A stretch of DNA of 64,000 bases from the NCBI GenBank assembly GCA_052279835.1, contig CP181291.1, positions 1,088,001 to 1,152,000 of the forward strand, in the 5' to 3' direction. Of this stretch, positions 44,804 through 53,936 are shown in pieces. A model generated the notes under the pieces. That model saw only the letters and a program-made list of their open reading frames with translations. It searched no databases and was not told the origin of the DNA. The number at the start of each line of letters is the position of its first letter. Positions within the stretch are counted from its first letter, which is position 1. Position numbers and translations under genes: made by a program. The DNA comes from Microcoleus sp. (GTDB lineage Bacteria > Cyanobacteriota > Cyanobacteriia > Cyanobacteriales > Microcoleaceae).

Positions 44804-45169
44804 TTGAATGAAGTTGAGGAGCAAGCCAAAAGATTGCTGCAAACGCTATTATCTGTGCCGTTTGAGTCCTGTGCATTAATCACCCGTGAATTTCGAGATC
44901 TCCCACTGTCACCTGGACTGTATGCGGTCAAGCATCGGGAGCATGGGCTACTTTATATTGGCAAAGCAAAAAAACTCCGAGAGCGATTTAGAGGTGGACA
45001 CAAAGCCTGCACCTGGTCATGGTTGGATGATTATAACCATCGAGATGTTGCGATCGCGTTCGCACCGCTCTCAATGGTTGATGTTCTAAAATTGGGAGAT
45101 GAGCTAGAAAGCATTCTGATTCATGCGACACAGCCCCCATACAATGCGAGATATCCTAGTAGAAACTAA
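44804..45169 (+). CDS. Stand-alone GIY-YIG nuclease family protein
   Basis: PGLYAV...LLYIGKA..LRERF..GH...LES.LI....PPYN (GIY-YIG, Arg, Glu and Asn motifs). Confidence 0.85.
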   Translation: MNEVEEQAKRLLQTLLSVPFESCALITREFRDLPLSPGLYAVKHREHGLLYIGKAKKLRERFRGGHKACTWSWLDDYNHRDVAIAFAPLSMVDVLKLGDELESILIHATQPPYNARYPSRN

Positions 45170-45180
45170 AGGTTGTAACG

Positions 45181-45444
45181 ATGCAAACTCTCCCACAAAC
45201 TGATAGAAATCATCTCAGCCATGATGCGGCATTGATGTTGTTGGCAGTGTTACCGGAGCGCATTCGCGATGCTTATTTGAATTATGCCAAACAGATTGAC
45301 TACTCCATCGAAATGGTACTGGAGATGGCACTAGCCGACTTCCTAGACCCTGATTCATTGACGTTTACAGACTGTCAGCCTCAGATCGGTTTACCTCTAA
45401 ACGAAGATCGGGTTGCACGATCGGTAATCGAAGGGCGATCGTGA
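45181..45444 (+). CDS. Small hypothetical protein, possibly ribbon-helix-helix-like
   Basis: LPERIRDAY..YAKQIDYSIEMVLEMALADFL helix-helix pattern; 11 bp after the GIY-YIG gene. Confidence 0.65.
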   Translation: MQTLPQTDRNHLSHDAALMLLAVLPERIRDAYLNYAKQIDYSIEMVLEMALADFLDPDSLTFTDCQPQIGLPLNEDRVARSVIEGRS

Positions 45445-45686
45445 TGTACGATCGAGATTATCCGCTTCTAATAAGGGTCGATGATCGCATCCTACAAACT
45501 GCATGAAATAATGCGTTATACTGTCACTGACGCATCCTACAAGATCGGCGATCGCATCCACACACCTCATGGATCGCCCTGTTGGTCAAAAAAGACACTC
45601 GTGCGTCGGTAGATTATAGGACTAATTGCCAATTTTAGGTTTTCCGCGTTATTATCTAAACAAAGCAGAATTTTGTTAGTACACTC

Positions 45687-46109
45687 GTGCCAGAAATTGT
45701 TATTGATACCAATGTTATTGTTGCAGGTTTGCGCTCCAGTCGAGGTAGTGCATTTAGATTACTGCAACTCATAGGTACTGGAATATTTGACATCCATTTA
45801 TCTGTGCCACTTGTTTTAGAGTATGAAGAAGTATTGCTACGAGAACTAACAAATTTGTCAATTACACGATCGGATGTTGGAGATTTACTTGATTTCTACT
45901 GTTCGGTAGCAACGCACCATCAAATCTTTTTTCTATGGCGACCTTACTTACGCGACCCCAAGGATGACATGGTTTTGGAACTTGCTGTTAAAGCTCGCTG
46001 TGATAGTATAGTTACATACAATAATCGTGATTTTGTGGGAATCGATCGATTTGGATTAAAAACAGTTAAGCCAATAGAGTTTTTACAATCGATAGGAGTT
46101 TTGTTATGA
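45687..46109 (+). CDS. PIN-domain (VapC-like) toxin
   Basis: VIDTNVIV, EYEEVL, RDPKDDMVLELA, IVTYNNRDF. Confidence 0.9.
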   Translation: MPEIVIDTNVIVAGLRSSRGSAFRLLQLIGTGIFDIHLSVPLVLEYEEVLLRELTNLSITRSDVGDLLDFYCSVATHHQIFFLWRPYLRDPKDDMVLELAVKARCDSIVTYNNRDFVGIDRFGLKTVKPIEFLQSIGVLL

Positions 46110-46351
46110 GTACATTAAATGTTAATATTCCCGATTCAATTTACAAAAGTATGCAAGAACTAGCGCAACAAGATAATATTTCGGTTGATCAATTTATTGC
46201 AGCGGCAATCGCTGAAAAAATATCTGTCTTGATGAATGAATCCTATCTTCAGGAACGAGCAAATAGAGGAAGTCGAGAAAAATACGAATCGGTATTAGCT
46301 AAAGTACCAGATATTGAGCCAGAAGACTATGACAAGCTGACACAAGCTTAA
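46106..46351 (+). CDS. RHH/HicB-like antitoxin
   Basis: LNVNIPDSIYK....LA....ISVDQFIAAAIAEK; ATGA overlap with the toxin gene. Confidence 0.85.
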   Translation: MSTLNVNIPDSIYKSMQELAQQDNISVDQFIAAAIAEKISVLMNESYLQERANRGSREKYESVLAKVPDIEPEDYDKLTQA

Positions 46352-46463
46352 AATCTCAAGGCAAAGTGCGATCGCCGATCAATAAAAAAGTGAGGGGCGA
46401 TCGCATCCAGACAAAGAGTACGATCGCCTATCCATAAAAAAGTAAAAAGCGATCGCATTCGCT

Positions 46464-46599
46464 GTAGGTTGGGTTGAGCAGCATTGAGCTTATTGCCTGT
46501 CATTTATCGAATCAGGCGAAACCCAACATCCATTGGCTTGAGCGGGGCTTAGGTGTTGGGCGGAGTGAAACGCAGGGTTCATGCTTCAACCCAACCTAC
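46464..46599. repeat. REP-like element
   Basis: GTAGGTTGGGTTGA...TCAACCCAACCTAC with an internal ACCCAACA...TGTTGGG stem. Confidence 0.8.
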
Positions 46600-46726
46600 G
46601 ATGTGGGCGATCGCACTGTTGCCAGAAACAAAGGTGATGACAAGGCGTGCAAGACCTGAGTTTAACGAGTTGGCAGTGAACTTCAACGCGACACCCGCCA
46701 AATTTTAATCGTTTTGTGCTTCAAAA

Positions 46727-48250
46727 TTAAGGAATACCACACTTGGCAAGTTTTGGTACCAGCACAGATAATCTGTTACTAGGTAACTTGTTGTTATCAA
46801 ACATTTGGGGCAAGTGTCCTATGGGAGCATTGAGGCTAAAATTGTAGTCATCGTATTTTAACCAACGTTGATTTATCCGCCATCCTACACTGTCGCCAAA
46901 GCGTTCATAGATTTCATTGGTTGCTTCTGAACTACCACCAACACTTTTCCAAATAAATTGTTGAACGCTAAAGCCAAACTTTCTTTTACTATATTTCACC
47001 CATAATTGATTAATTTCGCCAAGGTCTTTACAGGGAAAATTGTTTATAGATTTTATATCAAGCCAACCCTCTTTTTCTCGACCAGAAGCCTTAAGCATGA
47101 CATTACGAGTTTCTACATCTGCTTCTTTCCATTTTTCTAATTTCAGTAAATTTTCGAGTTGAGTATAGTCTACGCTTGTTGTAATAGAAATAGAACTCGG
47201 CGAACTCGTCACCACGGGACTAGGCGAACTAACATCTCTCGGACTAACAGAACTCCCACCTAATTTAGAAACCCAAAACCCAAGTCCTCCCCCTAAAACC
47301 AACAACACCACCGCCCCCACGCCTAGAGGTAAATTAGTTTTCCGCTTTGTCAACTTTTGCGCTAGTTCCTCTATCCGCTGCAAAAGCACCTGGGTATTGT
47401 GCGGTCTATCCCCTGGCCTTCGCGCCATCAAATTATCAATAAAATCTGCCAAACTCGGTGAAATATTCGCCGCCTGTCGCCAGCGAAACACATCGTTATG
47501 GGCATCGTAAAAATTTAAAGGATGCTGTCCCGTCAGCAAATACACAAACGTCCGTCCCAATGCAAAAAAATCTGATTGCGGTACAGCTTGGAAATTTGCT
47601 TGTTCCGGTGGAGTGTACCCAGCAGAAACTATCCCCGTAATTTGCTGTCCCACACCCACTTTGGCAAGATAAGTATAGGTCGCTTCCCTCGCCGTGCCAA
47701 AATCAATCAACACCAACTGCCCATTCGGTCTTAGCATGATATTGGGCGGCTTAATATCCCGATGGAAATACTGCTTCCCATGTACTAAATGCAATATTTC
47801 TGCGATTTGCTTTAACCAGGCTATTGCTTGCCGTTCAGAAATGGGATGATTTCCCTGCTGTTTTAGCCACTCTTCTAAGTTTGACCCCTCAATTTTTTCC
47901 ATGACAAAGCAGTGCAATATCAACCCGTTTCTGGTTGGATACTGAAAATAACCATCGACTTTGGGAATACCGAGATGCTGGAATTGCGCTAATACTTTTG
48001 CTTCCTGCTGAAATAGTTCGACTACTTTGGCGTTGTTGTTGTGATGTTCTTTGAGGACTTTCAGTATTTTAGAGATTCCCCGTTCTTCTGCGGTGTAAAT
48101 TTTGCCAAAACCGCTGTCATCGCTGAGAAGTCGCATCACGCGATCGCGTCCTTGCAGCAGTAAGTCGGAACCGCAACTTTGACAGTGGCGGTTGTTAGTG
48201 TTCTGCGAGTGGTCTGGTTTTGGGCAAGTTGGGTTGATGCAAAGGCTCAT
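46727..48250 (-). CDS. Ser/Thr kinase with N-terminal 4-Cys motif, TM helix and C-terminal GUN4-like domain
   Basis: CINPTC..CQSCG; HRDIKPPNI, IDFG; DY..LENLL....WKEAD.ET...FPCKDL..INQLW...FGFSVQ GUN4 signature. Confidence 0.9.
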   Translation of the reverse strand: MSLCINPTCPKPDHSQNTNNRHCQSCGSDLLLQGRDRVMRLLSDDSGFGKIYTAEERGISKILKVLKEHHNNNAKVVELFQQEAKVLAQFQHLGIPKVDGYFQYPTRNGLILHCFVMEKIEGSNLEEWLKQQGNHPISERQAIAWLKQIAEILHLVHGKQYFHRDIKPPNIMLRPNGQLVLIDFGTAREATYTYLAKVGVGQQITGIVSAGYTPPEQANFQAVPQSDFFALGRTFVYLLTGQHPLNFYDAHNDVFRWRQAANISPSLADFIDNLMARRPGDRPHNTQVLLQRIEELAQKLTKRKTNLPLGVGAVVLLVLGGGLGFWVSKLGGSSVSPRDVSSPSPVVTSSPSSISITTSVDYTQLENLLKLEKWKEADVETRNVMLKASGREKEGWLDIKSINNFPCKDLGEINQLWVKYSKRKFGFSVQQFIWKSVGGSSEATNEIYERFGDSVGWRINQRWLKYDDYNFSLNAPIGHLPQMFDNNKLPSNRLSVLVPKLAKCGIP

Positions 48251-48401
48251 AGCTAGTATTGAGAGCGGTTACTTGTAGTATATAGGAGCCGTCTTTCCTT
48301 TGAGATTAGTTATTTCTGTCGTACCCGATTCGTGATACCGTGCCTGAATTTGAGCGATCGAAAAGATTGAGACGCTTCAACATTTTACTACGATTACAAT
48401 C

Positions 48402-48587
48402 TACCCGTACACGGAAAACAAGCAGATATAATTGCTGATGTCGTCAAGGTTTTGCTAGATTACTTGGGGCAACAGCACCAATAAAGTTAAAATTGAAATG
48501 GTTGGTAAATTACGACAGTTGGGATTGAAGGATGAGCAAATTGCAGAGGTGCTAGGGTTAGCCTTGGAGGTGGTTAAATCATTATAA
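48402..48587 (+). pseudogene. Uma2 gene fragment joined to an Rpn-like C-terminal HTH fragment
   Basis: 48402-48470 copies 49231-49299; the following sequence translates KVKIEMVGKLRQLGLKDEQIAEVLGLALEVVKSL*. Confidence 0.6.
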
Positions 48588-48623
48588 TATATAATATTTG
48601 CCGTATTTCTGGGAAGCAGTATC

Positions 48624-48965
48624 ATGCCAAGGATTCAGTTAGATTTAGGTTTGAATCGCTTAGGAATGTTTGCCGAACAAACGATCGCCTTTTGTAAAAA
48701 GTGGCGGATCGTAGAGTTAGCGCTGTTTGGTTCGGTTTTGCGAGAAGATTTTTGCCCAGAAACAAGCGACATAGATATACTCGTAACTTTTGCACCTGAT
48801 TACCGATGGACATTTGATGACGCGATGCAGATGCAGGAGGAACTTGAAACTTTATGCGGACGCAAGGTAGATATCCTTAGCAAACAATGTATCGAACAAA
48901 GTATTAACTGGATTAGAAAACAAGAAATTCTCAACTCTGCAAAGGTAATTTATGTCAGCAAATAG
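48624..48965 (+). CDS. Minimal nucleotidyltransferase (MNT/MntA-type antitoxin)
   Basis: LFGSVLREDF...SDIDILV...GRKVDI. Confidence 0.9.
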   Translation: MPRIQLDLGLNRLGMFAEQTIAFCKKWRIVELALFGSVLREDFCPETSDIDILVTFAPDYRWTFDDAMQMQEELETLCGRKVDILSKQCIEQSINWIRKQEILNSAKVIYVSK

Positions 48966-49011
48966 AGATATGGCTTCCCTGTTGGATATTAGCCCGATCG
49001 CACAAATCTGA
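48952..49011 (+). pseudogene. Truncated HEPN/DUF86 toxin 5' remnant
   Basis: Overlaps the MNT stop; MSANRDMASLLDI resembles a DUF86 N-terminus; stops after 19 aa. Confidence 0.6.
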
Positions 49012-49067
49012 ACCACTGGCGACTCTGGCTTGAAACACATATAATTCAATCAGGAGGTATAAGCTTT

Positions 49068-49709
49068 ATGTTTGCAGTCGTCACCCCAGAAAAAATTCAC
49101 TTGCCCCCAGGAACACTTATAAAATTCCCCGGAAACTGGCAGGATTACCAAGCACTTGTAGAACAATTGGGCGATCGTTCAATTCCGCGCATCAAATATC
49201 GGCCAGGAGAAATTTTGTTAATGTCCCCTTTACCCGTACACGGAAAACAAGCAAATATCATTGCTGATGTTGTCAAAGTTTTGCTAGATTGCTTGGGGCG
49301 AGATTATGAAGCGTTTACGCCAATTACGATGGATTTGCCGGAGGAAAGAGGAATTGAACCAGATTATTGTTTTTATATTGATAATTGCGCGGCAATTCTT
49401 GGTAAAGATCGGATTGCTTGGGGTGTCGAACCACCGCCGGATTTGGTGATTGAAGTAGACGTAACTAGCTATACGGATTTAGATGATTATTTGCCTTATC
49501 AAGTGCCAGAAGTGTGGCTGTTTAAGAAAAATAGGCTAATAATTTACTGTTTGCAGAATGGTCGATATGTCGAAAGTTTAATCAGCCGTTATTTTCCCAA
49601 TTTTAATGTATCAGAAATTGTGGAGGAATGCTGGCAAATGTCGCGCGACACCCATACAAGTACAGTAATTCGGGAGTTGCGACGGAAAATTGAGAGGGAG
49701 AATCCTTGA
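49068..49709 (+). CDS. Uma2 family (PD-(D/E)XK) endonuclease
   Basis: LMSP...H, IEPDYCFY, PPPDLVIEVDVTS, VPEVW; AGGAGG RBS. Confidence 0.9.
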   Translation: MFAVVTPEKIHLPPGTLIKFPGNWQDYQALVEQLGDRSIPRIKYRPGEILLMSPLPVHGKQANIIADVVKVLLDCLGRDYEAFTPITMDLPEERGIEPDYCFYIDNCAAILGKDRIAWGVEPPPDLVIEVDVTSYTDLDDYLPYQVPEVWLFKKNRLIIYCLQNGRYVESLISRYFPNFNVSEIVEECWQMSRDTHTSTVIRELRRKIERENP

Positions 49710-49725
49710 ATCACTATAGCCTTTC

Positions 49726-50682
49726 TCAGATAGATGAGGTGCAATAACAGCAGTGAGTAAACCAATTCCACAGGTCTTGCTCATCAATTTGCTCAAATGC
49801 GCTTACTATCGCCGAGTCTAATGCTTGATAGGTTCTCGCACCAAAAGTACGGAGAAGATACTTCAGCTTTGACCATACATTTTCAATTGGCGAAAAGTCG
49901 GGAGAATACGGGGGTAAAAATATTAACTTTGCTCCCGCTTTCTTAATGGCTTTTTCTATTTCTTCCCCTTTGTGAATACTATAGTTGTCCATCAATACAC
50001 AAGCACCTTTCCAGAGTTTTGGCACAAGTTTTCTGATGATAAAAGCCTCAAAAGTAATCCCATCTATTGAGCCTAATAAATTCACTGATGTCAGCAGTTT
50101 TTTGACAGATATTGCTCCCAATATCGAGACATTTTTGCCACGTCTATTTGGTTTAGGCCCAAGGGCTCTTGAGCCTTTTAACGACCGGGCATATAATCTA
50201 ACCATAGCTAGATTAACCCCCGACTCATCAATAAATATTAAATTATTCATATTCAGATTTCGGATTTGCTGCCAGAACTCATATCGAAGGTTTTGAACTC
50301 TGTCACTGCCTTTAGCTGAGGGGAAGAGAGTTTTTTTTTTGTAAGTTATGTTCAACCGTTGTGCCATTCTTCCCATTGTAGCCCTACTGATATTTACGCC
50401 GATTTTTTGCTCGAGTAAATGACAGAGTTCTTCGAGGGTGGCATCGTTATTTTTTTCAATTAATTCCGCTAAAATAACCAGTTGTTCAGGTTTGAGTTTA
50501 AGTAGGCCCCCGCATCGATGAGTTTGAGGGGCAATACTTTGGGTTTGGCGATACTGTTTAAGCAATTTTTGAACGAAGCTAGTCGCCACACAAAACCGCT
50601 TGGCTATTTGTCTTTGTGAGATGGGCTCACTATGGTAAACATTAATTATTTTTTGTCGAAAGTCAATAGAATAAGATTTCAT
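49726..50682 (-). CDS. IS630 transposase
   Basis: MKSYSIDFRQK HTH; FIDESG, MDNYSIH, LPPYSPDFSPIE DDE triad; start placed at 50682 because the upstream part of the ORF is repeat-derived. Confidence 0.92.
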   Translation of the reverse strand: MKSYSIDFRQKIINVYHSEPISQRQIAKRFCVATSFVQKLLKQYRQTQSIAPQTHRCGGLLKLKPEQLVILAELIEKNNDATLEELCHLLEQKIGVNISRATMGRMAQRLNITYKKKTLFPSAKGSDRVQNLRYEFWQQIRNLNMNNLIFIDESGVNLAMVRLYARSLKGSRALGPKPNRRGKNVSILGAISVKKLLTSVNLLGSIDGITFEAFIIRKLVPKLWKGACVLMDNYSIHKGEEIEKAIKKAGAKLIFLPPYSPDFSPIENVWSKLKYLLRTFGARTYQALDSAIVSAFEQIDEQDLWNWFTHCCYCTSSI

Positions 50683-50720
50683 TTTTAGTAAGGTGTGATG
50701 CTTTTTACAATCAGGGAATA

Positions 50721-50858
50721 GCTGTGACCCGATCGACTGCTTTTGGCGATCGACTGCTGTGACCCGATCGACTGCTTTTGGCGATCGACTGCTTTTGGCG
50801 ATCGACTGCTGTGACCCGATCGACTGCTGTGACCCGATCGACTGCTGTGACCCGATCG
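50721..50858. repeat. Tandem array of 18/17-bp CGATCG-containing units inside IS630
   Basis: A=GCTGTGACCCGATCGACT, B=GCTTTTGGCGATCGACT, in the order ABABBAAA(partial). Confidence 0.95.
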
Positions 50859-50966
50859 GGGCTTCAATCACAAGATTGAATTAGAGCTGTGCGATCTTTT
50901 TGAACTAAATATTTTCCACTCTGTTCTTGTCAGTTACATTGTATCTCATCTACCTGAGAAAGGCTA

Positions 50967-51127
50967 TAATATCAATAACAGGCAAGATGCCTGTTCCACC
51001 AAGAGTGAATTTTCTTGTGGGGTGGGCATCCTGCCCGCCCGCAAAAGGCTAGTTGAGAATGATGCAATATCTCAGATCGATCGCACTTTTTGACTAATAT
51101 CAATAACAGGCAAGATGCCTGTTCCAC
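50967..51127. repeat. Two copies of the TAATATCAATAACAGGCAAGATGCCTGTTCCAC dispersed repeat
   Basis: Copies at 50967-50999 and 51095-51127; the IS630 sits at the TA of the first copy. Confidence 0.85.
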
Positions 51128-51242
51128 AAAGACAGTACCCGCACCCACCTCAGATGCGGACTTTGCACGCCGGCAGTAAGCAGGTGCAATTGCCAGCTAT
51201 ATTGACATATAAGCCGAAAGTAGAAAAAATAAAGGTACGAGC

Positions 51243-52703
51243 ATGGCATCCATCCGCGAGTTGCACCGACAACTGGTCAATAAAGAACGCTCTGCTGTGG
51301 AAATTACTCAAGAAGCATTAGACCGTATTACCCAGCTAGAGCCAAAATTAAAAAGCTTTCTGTGCGTGACAGCAGACCGCGCAATGGCGCAGGCAGTCCA
51401 AGTGGATGCCCAAATTGCCGCCGGAGAAGAAATTGGGCTCTTGGCCGGAATCCCGATCGCCGTTAAAGACAATATGTGTACCCAAGGCGTTCCCACAACC
51501 TGCGCCTCTCGGATTTTGGAGAATTTTGTCCCTCCTTACGACGCCACTGTTGTCTCGAAACTCCAAGCCGCTGGTGCGGTGATTGTGGGTAAGGCGAACA
51601 TGGACGAGTTCGCAATGGGGAGCTCGACAGAAACTTCTGCTTATCAAGTTACAGCGAATCCTTGGGACTTAGAGCGGGTTCCCGGTGGTTCTTCTGGCGG
51701 TTCTGCCTCTGCGGTAGCGGCGGGAGAATGCGTTGTGAGTTTGGGTTCGGATACTGGAGGTTCGATCCGTCAACCAGCTTCCTTTTGTGGCTTGGTAGGG
51801 CTAAAACCCACCTATGGGTTGGTTTCTCGCTACGGTTTGGTGGCCTATGCTTCTTCTCTCGATCAAATCGGCCCCTTTGGCCGGACTGTTGAGGATACGG
51901 CAATTTTGTTGGGGGCGATCGCCGGTTACGATCAGAGAGATTCCACGAGTCTGAATGTGGAAATTCCTGATTATGCTCAAGCTTTGAGACCTAATTTGCG
52001 CCCGAAAGGTCAGATTAGAATCGGGGTAATTAAAGAAACTTTTGGTGTAGGGTTAGAGCCTGCGGTGAAAGAATGTGTTACTAAGGCGATCGAACAATTT
52101 CAAAAGTTGGGAGCAGAAATTCAAGTAGTTTCTTGTCCCAGGTTCCGCTACGGTTTGCCCACTTACTACATTATTGCTCCCTCGGAAGCTTCGGCAAATT
52201 TGGCGAGATATGATGGAGTTAAGTACGGTTTCCGGGCTGCTGACTCTGATAATCTTTTGGATATGTATGCCAAAACTCGCTCTCAAGGGTTTGGTTCCGA
52301 GGTGAAGCGCCGGATTGCGATCGGCACTTATGTTTTGTCGGCTGGATATTACGATGCCTACTATTTAAAAGCTCAAAAAGTTCGGACTTTAATTAAAGAA
52401 GACTTTGAGAAAGCTTTTGCTCAAGTTGATGTTTTGGTCTGTCCTACAGCTCCAACTACGGCTTTTAAAGCGGGCGAAAAATTCAACGATCCCTTGAGTA
52501 TGTATTTGTCAGATTTGATGACTATTCCGGTCAATCTGGCTGGTTTGCCCGCTTTGAGTTTGCCCTGTGGCTTTGATGATAAGGGACTACCCGTGGGAAT
52601 ACAACTGATTGGTAATGTTTTGCAAGAATCTCGCTTGTTTCAAGTGGCTCACGCTTACGAGCAGTCTACCAATTGGCACTTGCATAGCCCGAAATTGCAT
52701 TGA
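51243..52703 (+). CDS. gatA: Asp/Glu-tRNA amidotransferase subunit A
   Basis: Amidase signature [32 protein letters not shown]. Confidence 0.97.
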   Translation: MASIRELHRQLVNKERSAVEITQEALDRITQLEPKLKSFLCVTADRAMAQAVQVDAQIAAGEEIGLLAGIPIAVKDNMCTQGVPTTCASRILENFVPPYDATVVSKLQAAGAVIVGKANMDEFAMGSSTETSAYQVTANPWDLERVPGGSSGGSASAVAAGECVVSLGSDTGGSIRQPASFCGLVGLKPTYGLVSRYGLVAYASSLDQIGPFGRTVEDTAILLGAIAGYDQRDSTSLNVEIPDYAQALRPNLRPKGQIRIGVIKETFGVGLEPAVKECVTKAIEQFQKLGAEIQVVSCPRFRYGLPTYYIIAPSEASANLARYDGVKYGFRAADSDNLLDMYAKTRSQGFGSEVKRRIAIGTYVLSAGYYDAYYLKAQKVRTLIKEDFEKAFAQVDVLVCPTAPTTAFKAGEKFNDPLSMYLSDLMTIPVNLAGLPALSLPCGFDDKGLPVGIQLIGNVLQESRLFQVAHAYEQSTNWHLHSPKLH

Positions 52704-52826
52704 TTTTTGAAATTAGGCGGAATGCTGCGGCGCAAGTTAGTAATGGATTATGGCTAATTATGTCAATTCATAATTAGCCATAAATTTTGACTAATAGCCC
52801 ATTAGCCGTGCACTCTCCTATTTCCC

Positions 52827-53849
52827 ATGAATAACTTGCTGGTATTAATTTTGTCTAAATCTTTCATCGGTTTTGGGATATTTCTGGCGATCGCCTATTC
52901 TGGTGCTTGTGTCTATTTATTTGTAGCGCAAGGTAAGTTTATCTTTTTTCCGACGCAGGCGATCTCTTCAACTCCCAAAGATTTTCAGTTGAAATATCAA
53001 GATGTAGTGCTCCCAATTTCCAGTAAAACGGGTGCAGCAGAAAGCGTACACGGCTGGTGGATTCCCACATCCGATACCCCCCCCAGCCCCCCCTTAGCAA
53101 GGGGGGGAGTAAGAAAATCCGTTCCCCTAAACAATGACAAACCCGTCTCTCCCTCTCCTGTCCCCCCCCTTCACAAGGAAGGCTCCACTCCTGTCCCCCC
53201 CCTTATAAAGGGGGGGTTAGGGGGGGTAGTCTTATACCTGCACGGGAATGGTTTAAATGTAGGGGCCAACGTGGAACACGCTAATCGATTTCATCGGTTA
53301 GGTTTGTCCGTATTCCTCATAGATTATCGCGGTTATGGAAAAAGCCAGGGCGAGTTTCCGACAGAATCTCAGGTTTATGAAGATGCTCAACTCGCTATGG
53401 ATTATTTAGTAAAACAACGGGGAATTAACCCTAAGCAAATTTATATTTATGGTCATTCTTTGGGAGGGGCGATCGCGATCGATCTAGCAGTGCGAAACCC
53501 GGAGGCGGGGGGGTTAATCGTGGAAGGCTCTTTTACTTCGGCACGGGAAATGGTAGACTTTCAGTCTGGGGTGTATCGGATATTTCCAATCGATTTATTG
53601 TTGAGACAGCGGTTTGATTCTATTGCTAAAGTCGATCGCCTGGAAATGCCTGTACTATTTATTCACGGAACCGCTGATACTGTAGTTCCCGTTGAAATGA
53701 GCAAAAAACTGTTCGATGCGGCCCTTGAACCCAAACAGTTGTACATAGTTCCCGATGCCGGTCACAATAATTTAGCAGACTTTGCTGGTGCTGAATATCT
53801 CGAAAAAATCAGCAATTTTTTTCAACAGGGAAACACGATTAAACATTAA
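52827..53849 (+). CDS. Alpha/beta hydrolase (BEM46/YhfR-like) with in-frame repeat insertion
   Basis: YLHGNG, DYRGYGKS, GHSLGG, IHGTAD, AGHN; N-terminal TM. Confidence 0.9.
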   Translation: MNNLLVLILSKSFIGFGIFLAIAYSGACVYLFVAQGKFIFFPTQAISSTPKDFQLKYQDVVLPISSKTGAAESVHGWWIPTSDTPPSPPLARGGVRKSVPLNNDKPVSPSPVPPLHKEGSTPVPPLIKGGLGGVVLYLHGNGLNVGANVEHANRFHRLGLSVFLIDYRGYGKSQGEFPTESQVYEDAQLAMDYLVKQRGINPKQIYIYGHSLGGAIAIDLAVRNPEAGGLIVEGSFTSAREMVDFQSGVYRIFPIDLLLRQRFDSIAKVDRLEMPVLFIHGTADTVVPVEMSKKLFDAALEPKQLYIVPDAGHNNLADFAGAEYLEKISNFFQQGNTIKH

Positions 53850-53936
53850 ATAGTAAACACAATCATCCAGATACCCGAATTTTTCAAAAAGTCGGGCATC
53901 TAACTGCGATCGCCTAATTCCTGAATTTGAAAATAT

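Larger units (their letters stand above)
49717..50966 (-). mobile_element. IS630-family insertion sequence
   Basis: TIRs TAGCCTTTCTCAG.TAGATGAG.T.CAAT at both ends; TA target duplication at 49715-16 and 50967-68. Confidence 0.92.

Noticed and set aside
50721..50858. Possible CRISPR array
   Set aside because: The units are contiguous with no unique spacers and there are no cas genes; it is a tandem repeat.
50683..50871. N-terminal extension of the IS630 transposase ORF
   Set aside because: It is mostly translation of the tandem repeat; the family-typical start is MKSYSIDFR at 50682.
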